Assembly: GCA_040830765.1 (NCBI GenBank)
Contig: JBFOMH010000015.1
Span: 16,424-80,423 of the forward strand
Direction: 5' to 3'
Origin: Puniceicoccaceae bacterium
Lineage (GTDB): Bacteria > Verrucomicrobiota > Verrucomicrobiia > Opitutales > Oceanipulchritudinaceae
DNA length: 64,000 nt
Made by a program: the position numbers and the translations under genes. Below the pieces are notes generated by a model. The model was not told where the DNA came from. It made no database searches and worked only from the letters and a program-made list of their open reading frames with translations. Shown here piece after piece: positions 1 to 10,007 of this stretch (positions within the stretch are counted from its first letter, which is position 1; every line of letters begins with the position of its first letter).

Positions 1-1
1 C

Positions 2-334
2 AGCGATGCCATCGTTACCCGGGGAGGCGCCAATACCACCATGGAAGCCCTCCACTTCGGCTGCCCCCTGCTTTACAATTCCCTGGGCGGCCTCATGCCC
101 CAGGAACGCTGCACAGTCCGCTATTTCCTCGAACGCGGCGCTGCCAGCATGATTGACCGGTCCCGTGACCTGACCCGGGTCCTTGAGGAATGGTCCACCT
201 TCGGGGAAACTTACAAACGCATCAAAAGCAATCTCGATGAACTCCATTATGAAGAGGATCCCCGGGAATTGCTGGCCCTGATCCTCGGGGAATCCCCAAA
301 GGACGAAAGCCTTCCCGAATCGACCGCCTGTTAA
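2..334 (+). CDS. C-terminal part of a GT28/MGDG-synthase-like glycosyltransferase (truncated by window start)
   Basis: Open frame from nt 2 reads SDAIVTRGGANTTMEALHFGCP...PQE, resembling the GT-B C-terminal nucleotide-sugar binding motif. Confidence 0.65.
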   Translation, partial: SDAIVTRGGANTTMEALHFGCPLLYNSLGGLMPQERCTVRYFLERGAASMIDRSRDLTRVLEEWSTFGETYKRIKSNLDELHYEEDPRELLALILGESPKDESLPESTAC

Positions 335-379
335 AGGATTGAGGTTTGCAACTTTGCCGGAACTGATTTGTTTTAAGGC

Positions 380-832
380 ATGACTATGTACTCATGCTGT
401 TCTCGCGCTAAGAAGATTCATGGAAGCCGGATTCGCTCCGGTTTCTCACTGGTCGAAATGCTCATCGTCATTGCCCTGATCGCCATTGTCGGGACCCTGT
501 TGATCGGGCGTATTGGCAATCTCTTTGGCGGAGCCCAGGAGGATGTTGCCAAACAGTTTGTCGATAATGCCCTCAAGGCTCCCTTGCTCAAGTATCGCAT
601 TGATACCGGTTCCTATCCGACCGCCGAGGATGGCGGATTACTGGCCCTCCTGAATGAACCCGCCAGCAAGGCCGGCAAATGGAAAGGTCCCTACATTGAG
701 AAATTACCCGAGGACCCATGGGGCAATCCCTACCAGTACAAGTACCCAGGCACCAAGAATCCGGACGGTTATGATCTTTGGTCACTCGGACCAGACTCGC
801 AGGCCGAGGATGACAATATAGGAAACTGGTAA
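380..832 (+). CDS. gspG: T2SS major pseudopilin GspG
   Basis: G|FSLVE prepilin cleavage motif; YRIDTGSYPT, WKGPYI, DPWGNPYQY, YDLWSLGPD and DDNIGNW motifs. Confidence 0.95.
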   Translation: MTMYSCCSRAKKIHGSRIRSGFSLVEMLIVIALIAIVGTLLIGRIGNLFGGAQEDVAKQFVDNALKAPLLKYRIDTGSYPTAEDGGLLALLNEPASKAGKWKGPYIEKLPEDPWGNPYQYKYPGTKNPDGYDLWSLGPDSQAEDDNIGNW

Positions 833-836
833 CATC

Positions 837-1325
837 GTGCGGCGTGGATTTACCCTCATTGAGTTGATTCTTGTAATCGCCCTCATTGCGTTGGTGGGCG
901 GGTTGATGGTCGTTAATGGACAGGCCATCCTCAAGGGTCTCGGTGAGGAGCCTGTCGACCGCATCCTGCAGAACGCCGTCCGCGAGGCTCGCTACCAGGC
1001 AGCCTCCCTCAAGGAACAGGCCTTCCTTTATTATGATGAAGAGAACGGTTTTCTTCGGGTTAACTCGAGTACGGGCCGCGAGCTGGCCTCGTTCCTGACC
1101 ACCGAAGGTGACGACTTTCCGGAAATCGAGTTTGAGCAAATCCTTCCGGCCCGGGGCCTCGATCGCTTTGGCAGGAGCGACACCGTCCCCATCGATTTGA
1201 TTGTCTTCCGGCCCGACCGTTCATCAACGCCATTCCAGGTCATCATCAGCGAGGGTCCCCGGTCATTTACGCTTCGCTACGATCCCTTTTCAGCCATTGT
1301 CATCGATGACTCCCGTAATCCATAA
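837..1325 (+). CDS. Minor pseudopilin, GspH-like
   Basis: RRG|FTLIE N-terminus with hydrophobic helix; directly follows gspG. Confidence 0.8.
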   Translation: MRRGFTLIELILVIALIALVGGLMVVNGQAILKGLGEEPVDRILQNAVREARYQAASLKEQAFLYYDEENGFLRVNSSTGRELASFLTTEGDDFPEIEFEQILPARGLDRFGRSDTVPIDLIVFRPDRSSTPFQVIISEGPRSFTLRYDPFSAIVIDDSRNP

Positions 1326-1779
1326 GCCTTCCCAGAGTTCGGGATTTTCCCTCATCGAGGTGGTCATCGCGGTCTCCCTGGCCGGCATTGCCTTCTTTGT
1401 TCTCACCCAGACTTTTTTCAACGTCCTCCTGACCCTGGAAAGCCTCGAATCGCAGTCCGACTACCAAAAGGACGTGCGCTTCGTCCGTCGGGAAATCATT
1501 CAGATCGCGGACCGTGATGACCTGGAACAAGGTGGGGAAATCACTACCCTGGATCTTGGCCAGGCCAGCTGGCTGGTGGAAATCGAGGAAACCGAAATTG
1601 TCGACCTCTTCAAGGTCATGCTGGAGATAGAGTTTGAAAATCCTGAAGGTGAACCGATCGAGTATCAGGAAGTCCTCTACCTGATGCGACCCACCTGGAG
1701 CGATCCCATCGAAAGCTCAGCCATTCTGTCCGAAGTCAGGGACGCCATTCTCGAGGAAAACCTCAGGCGCGATTGGTAA
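1306..1779 (+). CDS. Minor pseudopilin, GspI-like
   Basis: SG|FSLIE motif 13 codons after ATG 1306, a more plausible start than 1201. Confidence 0.75.
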   Translation: MTPVIHKPSQSSGFSLIEVVIAVSLAGIAFFVLTQTFFNVLLTLESLESQSDYQKDVRFVRREIIQIADRDDLEQGGEITTLDLGQASWLVEIEETEIVDLFKVMLEIEFENPEGEPIEYQEVLYLMRPTWSDPIESSAILSEVRDAILEENLRRDW

Positions 1780-1783
1780 CGTC

Positions 1784-2452
1784 ATGAAAACCTCATCACA
1801 GGAACGTCGGGGCCTGACCCTGGTCGAGATGATTGTCAGCATAGCCATCATTGGCACCTCTATGGCTGTGCTCTCTTTCCATCTTGTGGGCTTGAGCAAC
1901 CTCTGGCTCAACCGGACAGACGATGACTTTTTCGAACAGCATGTTGATGGGGTGATTCTTTTCCTGAACAATGCCCTCGAAGCTTCCGAGGGAGCATCCG
2001 GGGGAGCCGGCGGAGGAGAGCCACCGGTCCAATGGGCCCGTCCCCCGGGCTTCAGCGAAATGGATGATCCCCTGCTCTATTTTCAGCAGGCGGAAGCCCC
2101 GGCCCTCTTTGTCCGTGAAGGCCAGTCCCTTCCAGCCGTCCAGGCCTACATCCATTTTGATGATCGGGAGGGCCTTTCCATTCTCTGGTACTCGATCCTC
2201 GATGCGGAGGACATTGAAGATGAAGCCGACCTTCGCAGGACATCCATTTCCGAGTACGTGTCAGGAATGGACTACGCCTACTACGAATTTGAGGATGACG
2301 AGTGGGAATTGACCGATGAGCCGATGGAAGACGATGATGGCAATTTCCGGCTTCCTGATTTCCTGAAATTTACCTTCACTCACCCCGATGAAGGTGATAG
2401 GGTGCGCTCCGTACTGGTACCACATGGTTCAACAGAAATCCCCCTTTTCTGA
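1784..2452 (+). CDS. Minor pseudopilin, GspJ-like
   Basis: RRG|LTLVE motif; operon position; very acidic body. Confidence 0.75.
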   Translation: MKTSSQERRGLTLVEMIVSIAIIGTSMAVLSFHLVGLSNLWLNRTDDDFFEQHVDGVILFLNNALEASEGASGGAGGGEPPVQWARPPGFSEMDDPLLYFQQAEAPALFVREGQSLPAVQAYIHFDDREGLSILWYSILDAEDIEDEADLRRTSISEYVSGMDYAYYEFEDDEWELTDEPMEDDDGNFRLPDFLKFTFTHPDEGDRVRSVLVPHGSTEIPLF

Positions 2453-2454
2453 CC

Positions 2455-3588
2455 ATGGCACATCAATCAATATTCCAGCCAAACAGAAAACGGGGCTCAA
2501 TCATTGTCCTCGTCCTGGTTTTCATTGTCCTGCTCACATTTATCGTGGTCGCCTTTCTTGAGGAGGCGACAGCCCGCATCAAGTACTACGGCCTCTTTCA
2601 CAACCGGGACGACCTCCGGACGGATGCCTATTCCGCCCTTGAGATAACCCTCGCCGTCATCAACCAGTACCGGGAGGTGGAAGGCGCTCTCTGGGGGCCT
2701 ACCCAGGGATGGGGCAATCCGCTTGAGAAATCCGATTTCCAGCCCGCCCATGCCGCGGCAGTCCGGATCAGCTTCGAGGATGAAAGTGGCAAGCTCCCGC
2801 TGCAGACACTCGATTACAGTACCCTCCTGATCCTCTTTGATGTCCTCGATTTCGACCTTCCCGATGCCCAATCGCTTGCCGATGGTCTCCTCGACTGGAT
2901 GGACGAGGACGACCTGAGACGGCTGAACGGGTTTGATGGTGATGACTACGATGACAAGGACCCGCCTTACCGGCCCTCGAATTCGGCCATTGTATCATGG
3001 GATGAATTCAAGCTCATTGAGCCGTTCGATACCCTCTTCTGGGACGAGGAAGGTCGTCCGACAGCGGCATGGGACCGGTTCAAGTCCTCCGTCTCGCTCT
3101 ACCATACGGGGGCCATCAACGTTAACCAGGCCAACTCGACGGTCCAGGAAGTGCTGATGGAGAAGGGCGTGCTCGACTCGCGCTCCTTTGCCTATTTCAA
3201 AAATGGTTCCGATGGCGTTCCTGGAACCGAGGATGACCGGCTCTTCCGCATGGGACAAGGAAATGACGGCATTTTACCCGGAGAGGGAAGTGAAGTCACC
3301 GACAGTATCGAACTCCTGCGGATCAGCGTCGAGGCAATCCGGGGAGAAGCCCGCTTCCTGCTCCAGGCCCTGGTTACCTGGTCCGGCTCCAATCCCGGTG
3401 CGGCCGACACAACCACTCCGGAACAGACCGAGGGCGAGGATACCGATGAAGTCGTCGACAGCGATCCCGGTACCGCCGAGGAGGAACGGGTTAGGGCGCG
3501 TGGCAAAACCCGTACGGCCCCGGCTGCATCCGCCAAATTGGGTTATCCCTTCCGCTTTGTCCGTATCACTGAGAACCGTAATTTTTAA
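2455..3588 (+). CDS. gspK: T2SS minor pseudopilin GspK
   Basis: KRG|SIIVLVL (no Glu5, typical of GspK); DESGKL, LLDWMDED and INVNQA motifs. Confidence 0.9.
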   Translation: MAHQSIFQPNRKRGSIIVLVLVFIVLLTFIVVAFLEEATARIKYYGLFHNRDDLRTDAYSALEITLAVINQYREVEGALWGPTQGWGNPLEKSDFQPAHAAAVRISFEDESGKLPLQTLDYSTLLILFDVLDFDLPDAQSLADGLLDWMDEDDLRRLNGFDGDDYDDKDPPYRPSNSAIVSWDEFKLIEPFDTLFWDEEGRPTAAWDRFKSSVSLYHTGAINVNQANSTVQEVLMEKGVLDSRSFAYFKNGSDGVPGTEDDRLFRMGQGNDGILPGEGSEVTDSIELLRISVEAIRGEARFLLQALVTWSGSNPGAADTTTPEQTEGEDTDEVVDSDPGTAEEERVRARGKTRTAPAASAKLGYPFRFVRITENRNF

Positions 3589-3636
3589 TCGACACCTTTT
3601 TACCGCTGACCGTTTAATAGAGCCCTTCCGCCCGTC

Positions 3637-4896
3637 ATGAGCCAAATCACCAACCAGAAGTCAAAACTGCTGGCCCGCCTGCAGGAGAAAATCCCCGAAC
3701 AGAAAGTCGGCCTGGTTCCCGGTGATGCCTTTTTCACCCGCAAAATCGATCTCCCGGAAGGCATTCCCGAAGCAGACCGGATGGCCTTCATCCAGCTCAA
3801 CCTGGAAGGCAACTCACCCTTCCCGATGGAGCAGTTGGCCTGGGGATTTCTGGAGCATCCTCAAGCCGGTTTCGCCTATGCCTATGCTTCGCCTAAGGCC
3901 CGCCTCAAGCGTCTGGAAATAGATCAGCTGGAAAAATACCACCAGCTCTTCCCGGGTTTTATAACCCTTTATGGCGACCTCGTTGAAAAACCCACGGTCC
4001 GCTTTATCTCCCAATGCGGAGTCTTGTCCGCCCTCTTCCTCGTCCCCGGGCACCCGGTCCCGGAAAAGATAGTTTCCCGCCGCATTGCCGGCGAACTCTT
4101 GACCGATGACATCCAGCTGGAAGCCCGGCAGTTGCTCCTCGCTGGTCTTCAGATGGATGCGTTTGAACCCGAGGACGGCCTCTGGCTGGGGGAAGGTGTG
4201 GACATCCTTGCCAGCGGTGCCCTCGCCTTCCGCCATCGACATGTCAGTAAAGGTGAGTCCATGGGGCTCAAGTTGCATGAGCTCAACCTCAACGAGCACA
4301 CGCTCTGGAACAGCGACCTGCGCGATGAGGGATATGCGGCCAAGGAAGGCCAGGTCCGGCAACGGAGCAAATTGATTTGGAAAAGCGTCCAGGTCGGCGG
4401 CTGGACCGCTATCCTGCTGGTCATCCTGCAGCTCCTGACCCTCGGTCTTTCGGGCTTCAATTTGTTGCGGGAAAAGAAAATCAACCAATTGGAACCGGAT
4501 GCTGTCCGCGTTGAGAACAAAATCACTCTCGCCACCCGCCTGACCCAATCCACCGAGGAGGATATCAAGCCCTTCCTCCTGATGGAATCCATCAACCCCC
4601 TCCGCCCGAACTCCATCTACTTTGACAAGGTTCGTTCCAGTGCCTTCAACGAACTGGAAATCGAGGGGAATTCAACCGACGGGGTCACTCCCGTTAATGC
4701 CTTCTCCGATTCCATCAGCCAGCTGCCTTTTGTCAGCGCGGTGGAGAATAATTCCCAGACCCGCAACAACCAGACCAGTTTCGAATTGGTCATCACTTTT
4801 TCGGCCATGCCACCAGCTCCGGAAGGCGGCTTTATAATGCCGGAGGAGTCCTCCGGGGAGGAAACAGACACCGAAAATCCCGATGAGAACGGCTGA
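3637..4896 (+). CDS. T2SS inner-membrane platform protein, GspL/PilMN-like
   Basis: SPFPMEQ motif in cytoplasmic region, single TM helix, PilN-like C-terminus (LEIEG); position after gspK. Confidence 0.6.
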   Translation: MSQITNQKSKLLARLQEKIPEQKVGLVPGDAFFTRKIDLPEGIPEADRMAFIQLNLEGNSPFPMEQLAWGFLEHPQAGFAYAYASPKARLKRLEIDQLEKYHQLFPGFITLYGDLVEKPTVRFISQCGVLSALFLVPGHPVPEKIVSRRIAGELLTDDIQLEARQLLLAGLQMDAFEPEDGLWLGEGVDILASGALAFRHRHVSKGESMGLKLHELNLNEHTLWNSDLRDEGYAAKEGQVRQRSKLIWKSVQVGGWTAILLVILQLLTLGLSGFNLLREKKINQLEPDAVRVENKITLATRLTQSTEEDIKPFLLMESINPLRPNSIYFDKVRSSAFNELEIEGNSTDGVTPVNAFSDSISQLPFVSAVENNSQTRNNQTSFELVITFSAMPPAPEGGFIMPEESSGEETDTENPDENG

Positions 4897-4899
4897 GCC

Positions 4900-5445
4900 A
4901 TGATGATTCGTCAATTATTCAATGCCTTGTCTCTCCGGGAGCGCTACCTGATGGCCCTCTTCATCTGGGCGCTGCTACTCCTCTGGTTGCTATACCTTGT
5001 CGAAGGTTTCCAGAAGACATGGTCCACCTTCTCCCTCAATAACCAGGTCCTGGATGCCTATGTGACAACCATCGGCCAGGCCGAGGAAGCACAGTTACTC
5101 CTCACCGCGGCCCGCCAGGGTCTGGACAGCAACAAGACCTTCTCGTCCGCCCAACTGGTTGGTCGCCTGGACTCCCTGGCCCGGGAGAATGAGGTCACCA
5201 GCTTTGACATCAGCACGCCCTCCACCATTGAGAGCCAGCTGTTCAGTTTCCACAATGTCCGCCTGTCGATCAAGCGGGCCCGCATCAACGAGCTGATCCG
5301 TTTCGACCAGGCGGTCAAGGCCTACACTCCTTATATTGCCCTGGGCGACTTCCAGGTAACCGCCAACAAGCGGGATCCGCGCTTTCTCGATGCATCCTTT
5401 GAACTCGTATCCTTTGAATTGAAAGAAGAGGCCCTGAATGAATAA
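4900..5445 (+). CDS. GspM/PilO-like protein
   Basis: LSLRER before an N-terminal TM helix, typical of GspM; operon position. Confidence 0.65.
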   Translation: MMIRQLFNALSLRERYLMALFIWALLLLWLLYLVEGFQKTWSTFSLNNQVLDAYVTTIGQAEEAQLLLTAARQGLDSNKTFSSAQLVGRLDSLARENEVTSFDISTPSTIESQLFSFHNVRLSIKRARINELIRFDQAVKAYTPYIALGDFQVTANKRDPRFLDASFELVSFELKEEALNE

Positions 5446-7708
5446 ACGAGCCATACACCGTCCCGGGAGAATTTTCCTGAAGACCCTCATCGTCCACGCC
5501 ACGCTCTTATGCTGCGCAACGTCGCTGTTCGCCCAGCAGAGTCAGGAGGAAGAGTCCGACCAGCAACCCTTCGGCCAGATGAGTCCGCCACCGAATTTTG
5601 TTCCGCCGCCACCGCCGAACTTTTCCCCACCAAGTGGACCGCCGTCCGGCATCCCGCGTCCGGTCGCCCGCCCGGTCGCTCGCCCGGTCAACACTCCGCC
5701 CGCGGAGGAGGAACTGTTGCAAAGAAGTTCCGATCTGGTTGATAGCGGCGATCCGATGATGCAGGAAACCGTGGGCCTGATCCGTATTCCCGAAATGGGC
5801 ACCAATGAAGTGCTGGAAATGCTGGAAAACTTCACTGCCAAACCGATTTTGCGGCAGCAAACCCTGCCCTCTGTGAAGATTACCTTCTTCAGCCAGAATC
5901 CGCTGACCAGAGGGGAAGCCATCACTGCCATCGAGAGTCTTCTGGCCCTCAATGGAATCGCCATCACGACCCTCGGTGAAAAATTTCTCAAAGCTGTTCC
6001 GAGCGCCATCATCAACGCCCAGGTCCCGCGTCCATGGGAAGGCTCCACTTTGGATGCGACTCCCAGCCAGATGATTTATGAAAAGCTCTTCGAGCTGGAC
6101 TTTCTCAGTACGGAGGAAGCCGCCACCCTGCTGCAGCCTCTGATGTCACAGGGGGCTCCCATTGCCTTTGCCAAGAGCAATCTCATTCTCGTCACCGACG
6201 CCCTCATCAACCTGCAACGGATTGAGCGTCTGCTTCCGGTCCTCGACCAACCGGGCAAGTTGCGGACGGAAATGCTCTTCTTCGAATTGCAGAATCTTGA
6301 TGCGGAGGAGGTTGTCCGCCGCCTCGAGCAACTGGTGACCGGCGCCCTCAAGAACCGGCTCGAGAACAATACCACCTTTGATGCGGACGAGCGGACTAAC
6401 CAGATCATCGTCTTCACCCATAAGTCGAACGTCGAATTGATTAGCCGCCTCATCGGCAAGCTCGACATCGACGTGGCCCCCAATACCGACACCAACGTCT
6501 ACTCCATCCGCTACGCCGATGCGGTCGAGGTGGTCAACATCATCGAGCAGGTTGTCACCGGCCAGCGCCAGGTGCGCACGGAAACCGGGGCTGACAACAA
6601 TCCTGCCGCCCAGGCGGCCCGGGCCCGTGCCGCTGCCCAGGTGCGCCAGAACAACCAGGCCGCAGCCGCCGCCCGTGCCGATGCCTCCAACCTGCAGTTC
6701 TCCGATTACCTGACCATTGTCCCCGATGAGCGGGCCAACACCATTGTTGCCTCCGGTACCCACAACGACCTCCGCTACCTGGAGCAGCTCATCGAGCAGA
6801 TCGATACCCTGCTGGCCCAGGTCCGTATTGAAGTTGTCATTACAGAGGTCGGTTTGTCCGATGAGGATGAGCGCGGTATCGACAACTTCGGCATAGGTTT
6901 TGAGGCTCCGGACCAGTCAAGCATCGACTTCAGCGACCCGGACGGCCAATGGACCCTGAATCCGGGTGGTTTGTACGGGTTGACATTCCCCACCTTTAGC
7001 TGGGGCGGAATCACCGGCACCAGTATTGAAATGGTCCTGACAGCCGCCCAGACCAACTCGAACATCAGTGTTCTTTCAGCACCGACCATCGTCACCACCC
7101 ATAACAAGGAGGCCACTGTCTCCGTAGGTGAGGAACGGCCGGTTGTCACCGGAACAACCACCTTCACCACCAGCGAAGGCGTCCAGGAACAGGTACAGTA
7201 CCGGGACATCAAGCTGGAACTGAAGGTCAAGCCGCTCATCGGTTCCGACGGGGTCGTGCAGATGGAGATCGAGCAACAGATCCAGTCGGTGATCGGGGAG
7301 GTCAGTATTGGAACCGGGGACAATCAACGGGACCAGCCCATTATCGGGACACGCTCGGCCAACTCCTATGTCAGTGTGGGAGATGGAGACCTCATAGCCC
7401 TGGGCGGACTGCAGTCTCTGGAAGACAGGGAATCCGGTGGACGGATGGCCATTCTTGGTCGTATTCCTATCATTGGCGACCTGTTCACGAGCAAGGGAAC
7501 CACTTATATCAAGACTGAGATCCTCATCTTTATCCGCCCCACCATCATCCGGACAGCGGCTGACGCCGACCGGGATGCCAACCAGCTCATCGACCAGATC
7601 GAGGGCACTGAGAAAATCCGCGGCTACCTGGAAAACGGTACCTTCCGCAAGGAAGAGGAAGCCCCGGCAACCGAAGAGCGCAAGGTTCCGCGTCGCAATC
7701 AACCCTGA
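5438..7708 (+). CDS. gspD: T2SS outer-membrane secretin GspD
   Basis: Signal peptide, repeated N-domains (DERTNQII, DERANTIV), QVRIEVVITEV, LSAPTIVT, GRIPIIGDLF, EILIFIRPTII. Confidence 0.93.
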   Translation: MNKRAIHRPGRIFLKTLIVHATLLCCATSLFAQQSQEEESDQQPFGQMSPPPNFVPPPPPNFSPPSGPPSGIPRPVARPVARPVNTPPAEEELLQRSSDLVDSGDPMMQETVGLIRIPEMGTNEVLEMLENFTAKPILRQQTLPSVKITFFSQNPLTRGEAITAIESLLALNGIAITTLGEKFLKAVPSAIINAQVPRPWEGSTLDATPSQMIYEKLFELDFLSTEEAATLLQPLMSQGAPIAFAKSNLILVTDALINLQRIERLLPVLDQPGKLRTEMLFFELQNLDAEEVVRRLEQLVTGALKNRLENNTTFDADERTNQIIVFTHKSNVELISRLIGKLDIDVAPNTDTNVYSIRYADAVEVVNIIEQVVTGQRQVRTETGADNNPAAQAARARAAAQVRQNNQAAAAARADASNLQFSDYLTIVPDERANTIVASGTHNDLRYLEQLIEQIDTLLAQVRIEVVITEVGLSDEDERGIDNFGIGFEAPDQSSIDFSDPDGQWTLNPGGLYGLTFPTFSWGGITGTSIEMVLTAAQTNSNISVLSAPTIVTTHNKEATVSVGEERPVVTGTTTFTTSEGVQEQVQYRDIKLELKVKPLIGSDGVVQMEIEQQIQSVIGEVSIGTGDNQRDQPIIGTRSANSYVSVGDGDLIALGGLQSLEDRESGGRMAILGRIPIIGDLFTSKGTTYIKTEILIFIRPTIIRTAADADRDANQLIDQIEGTEKIRGYLENGTFRKEEEAPATEERKVPRRNQP

Positions 7709-7717
7709 TGGAAGACA

Positions 7718-8311
7718 TTGATGTTGGATCCCAAGCACAGATTCCTCATGCTTCTCCTGCTGGCAGCCTTGCTGGCCGGACCAGCTGTTGCTGATGAGGA
7801 ATCCGGCGGAGCAACACTCATCACGAAATCCCCTTTCCTTCCCCCGGACTTCAATCCGCCGGGGAGCGGAGCGGGTGACCCGTCCATGCCAGCCTCAGCC
7901 AGCCAGTATCAGTTCCGCGGCGTTTACCAAATGGGTGGCGAGTATTACTTTAATCTCTACAACACGCGTGACAAAAGCGGAACCTGGGTCACCGAAAATG
8001 AATCCGGAGGCGACTCACCCCGAATCGTCCGTTTCAATCTCGATGAAGATGTTCTGGTTGTCGAGGTTTCCGGGGAACAAGTCAGCCTGGAACTGGTCGA
8101 GACCAGCGACCGGACCCTCCCGGTTGCCAGTGCGCCCCGGCCAACACCTGCCACCCGGCCAGCGACAACCACCCAGGGAACGGCCGTCCGGCAAACGACC
8201 ACCCCGGTCCGCCGCCGGGTCATCCGGCCCAGCACCCGCAACACAACCAGCACGGCAGCCCGGCGTCCCACCATCCCGGCCAACAACAACCAGCAGCAAC
8301 CACGACCATGA
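7718..8311 (+). CDS. Exported hypothetical protein, possible GspC-like component
   Basis: N-terminal hydrophobic segment, SPFLPP then YQFRGV beta-domain, Pro/Thr/Arg-rich tail; lies between gspD and gspE with a 4-nt overlap to gspE. Confidence 0.5.
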   Translation: MMLDPKHRFLMLLLLAALLAGPAVADEESGGATLITKSPFLPPDFNPPGSGAGDPSMPASASQYQFRGVYQMGGEYYFNLYNTRDKSGTWVTENESGGDSPRIVRFNLDEDVLVVEVSGEQVSLELVETSDRTLPVASAPRPTPATRPATTTQGTAVRQTTTPVRRRVIRPSTRNTTSTAARRPTIPANNNQQQPRP

Positions 8312-9999
8312 GCTCACCAACAGAAGCCTCCCCTGAGCCGGTTCTCGGCGCCCTGGACCCTGACCAGCGGGCAAATCTAGATGGTGCCCCGCGGCAAAAC
8401 CGCCTCGCCCTCCTGGCCCAACTGAGACGCGAGCCCGAAGGCGATGTCCTGCACGCTTTGGCGGAGGAAGCCGGCCTGAAGGTACTGGAAGACTTTGAAC
8501 TGCCTGATGATGCGGCGGAGATTCTCCCCCTGCGGATCATGCACGAATACCAGTGCCTGCCTTTCATCAGCGAAGGGGGTCCGGAAGACCAGATTTCCCT
8601 CGTTACCGTATGGCCGGCTTCGGAGGAAATGAACGAATGGGTCCTGGCCGTCAGCGGTAAAGCACCCGTCTGGCATCTCGGTCAACCCAATCGTATCAGC
8701 GATACCATTACACAAAGGTATGGCGTCGGGGCCGATTCATTGATTGAATCCGACATCGCCACGGAGGACTCGGGGCGCCTGGAAGAAGTTGAGGAGGATG
8801 AAAACGCCGCCCTTATCCGCTTTGTCAACGAGGTCATTGCCAAGGCCGTCGATGACCGGGCGACGGACATTCATTTTGAACCGCTCAAGGAGTCCCTGCA
8901 GATTCGTTACCGAATCGATGGTGAGCTGGTCCCCATCCGGGTGCCGGACAACCTGATCCGCTTCCAGGGGGCCATTATCTCCCGGCTCAAGATCATGGCC
9001 AAGCTCAACATCTCCGAAAAGCGTCGCCCGCAAGATGGCCGGATCGTCTACAAGGGAAAGAACACCGAGCTGGACATCCGTATTTCCACCATGCCCACGA
9101 TGTACGGGGAAAGCGTTTCGCTGCGTCTTCTCAACCAAAAAAACCAGCCCCTCTCCATGGAGGAACTGGGCATGCTCAAGAACGACCAGAACCGCATCAA
9201 GCGCGTCCTCGACCTGCCCTACGGCATTATTCTCGTCACCGGTCCGACCGGTTCCGGTAAGTCAACCTCCCTGACGGCCTTTATCCGGCAGATCAATTCG
9301 CCTGGACGCCGTATCATCACGGTGGAAGATCCGGTGGAGTATGAAGTCGAGGGGGTCAACCAGACCCAGGTTCACTCGGAAATCGGGTTTACGTTCGCCA
9401 GTGCCTTGCGTCACATCCTGCGTCAGGATCCGGATGTTATCATGGTCGGGGAAATTCGCGATTCGGAAACGGCAGACATCGCCATCCGCGCCGCCCTTAC
9501 CGGCCACCTGGTCCTGAGCACGCTCCATACGAACGACGCCCCCGGCGCCTTGACCCGGCTCATCGACATGGAGATCGAGCCCTTCCTTATCGCCTCGGCC
9601 GTGGAAATGATTCTCGCCCAGCGATTGGTGCGGCGCCTGTGCCAGAAATGTGCCCGCCCCGGCGACTATTCCCAGCACTACCTCCAGGAATGTCTGCAGG
9701 CCCTCGGCCTGGAACCTACCCCGGAGCGCCTCGCCGCAAAAATCCTCGAGCCCATCGGCTGTGAGGCTTGCCGCGGCCTCGGATACCAGGGCCGGGTCGG
9801 TCTCTTCGAAATCCTTCGCGTCGATGATTCCATCCACGAGATGATTGTCCAGAAACGCTCCGCCCGGGATATCCGGCAGGAAGCCCTTGGTTATGGAATG
9901 ACCACCCTCCAGATGAGTGGCTGGGAACAACTGTCGCTGGGAAGGACTTCCCTCAATGAAATCATGCGTTACAGCATGGGAGAGGAAGCGGAGGAATAG
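8308..9999 (+). CDS. gspE: T2SS ATPase GspE/PulE
   Basis: [13 protein letters not shown], Walker [40 protein letters not shown]...CEAC Zn box. Confidence 0.95.
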   Translation: MSSPTEASPEPVLGALDPDQRANLDGAPRQNRLALLAQLRREPEGDVLHALAEEAGLKVLEDFELPDDAAEILPLRIMHEYQCLPFISEGGPEDQISLVTVWPASEEMNEWVLAVSGKAPVWHLGQPNRISDTITQRYGVGADSLIESDIATEDSGRLEEVEEDENAALIRFVNEVIAKAVDDRATDIHFEPLKESLQIRYRIDGELVPIRVPDNLIRFQGAIISRLKIMAKLNISEKRRPQDGRIVYKGKNTELDIRISTMPTMYGESVSLRLLNQKNQPLSMEELGMLKNDQNRIKRVLDLPYGIILVTGPTGSGKSTSLTAFIRQINSPGRRIITVEDPVEYEVEGVNQTQVHSEIGFTFASALRHILRQDPDVIMVGEIRDSETADIAIRAALTGHLVLSTLHTNDAPGALTRLIDMEIEPFLIASAVEMILAQRLVRRLCQKCARPGDYSQHYLQECLQALGLEPTPERLAAKILEPIGCEACRGLGYQGRVGLFEILRVDDSIHEMIVQKRSARDIRQEALGYGMTTLQMSGWEQLSLGRTSLNEIMRYSMGEEAEE

Positions 10000-10007
10000 C
10001 CTGACCC

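Noticed and set aside
5580..5700. Short imperfect DNA repeats in gspD as a possible repeat array or CRISPR
   Set aside because: They encode the Pro-rich PPPNF/PVAR linker; no spacer structure and no cas genes
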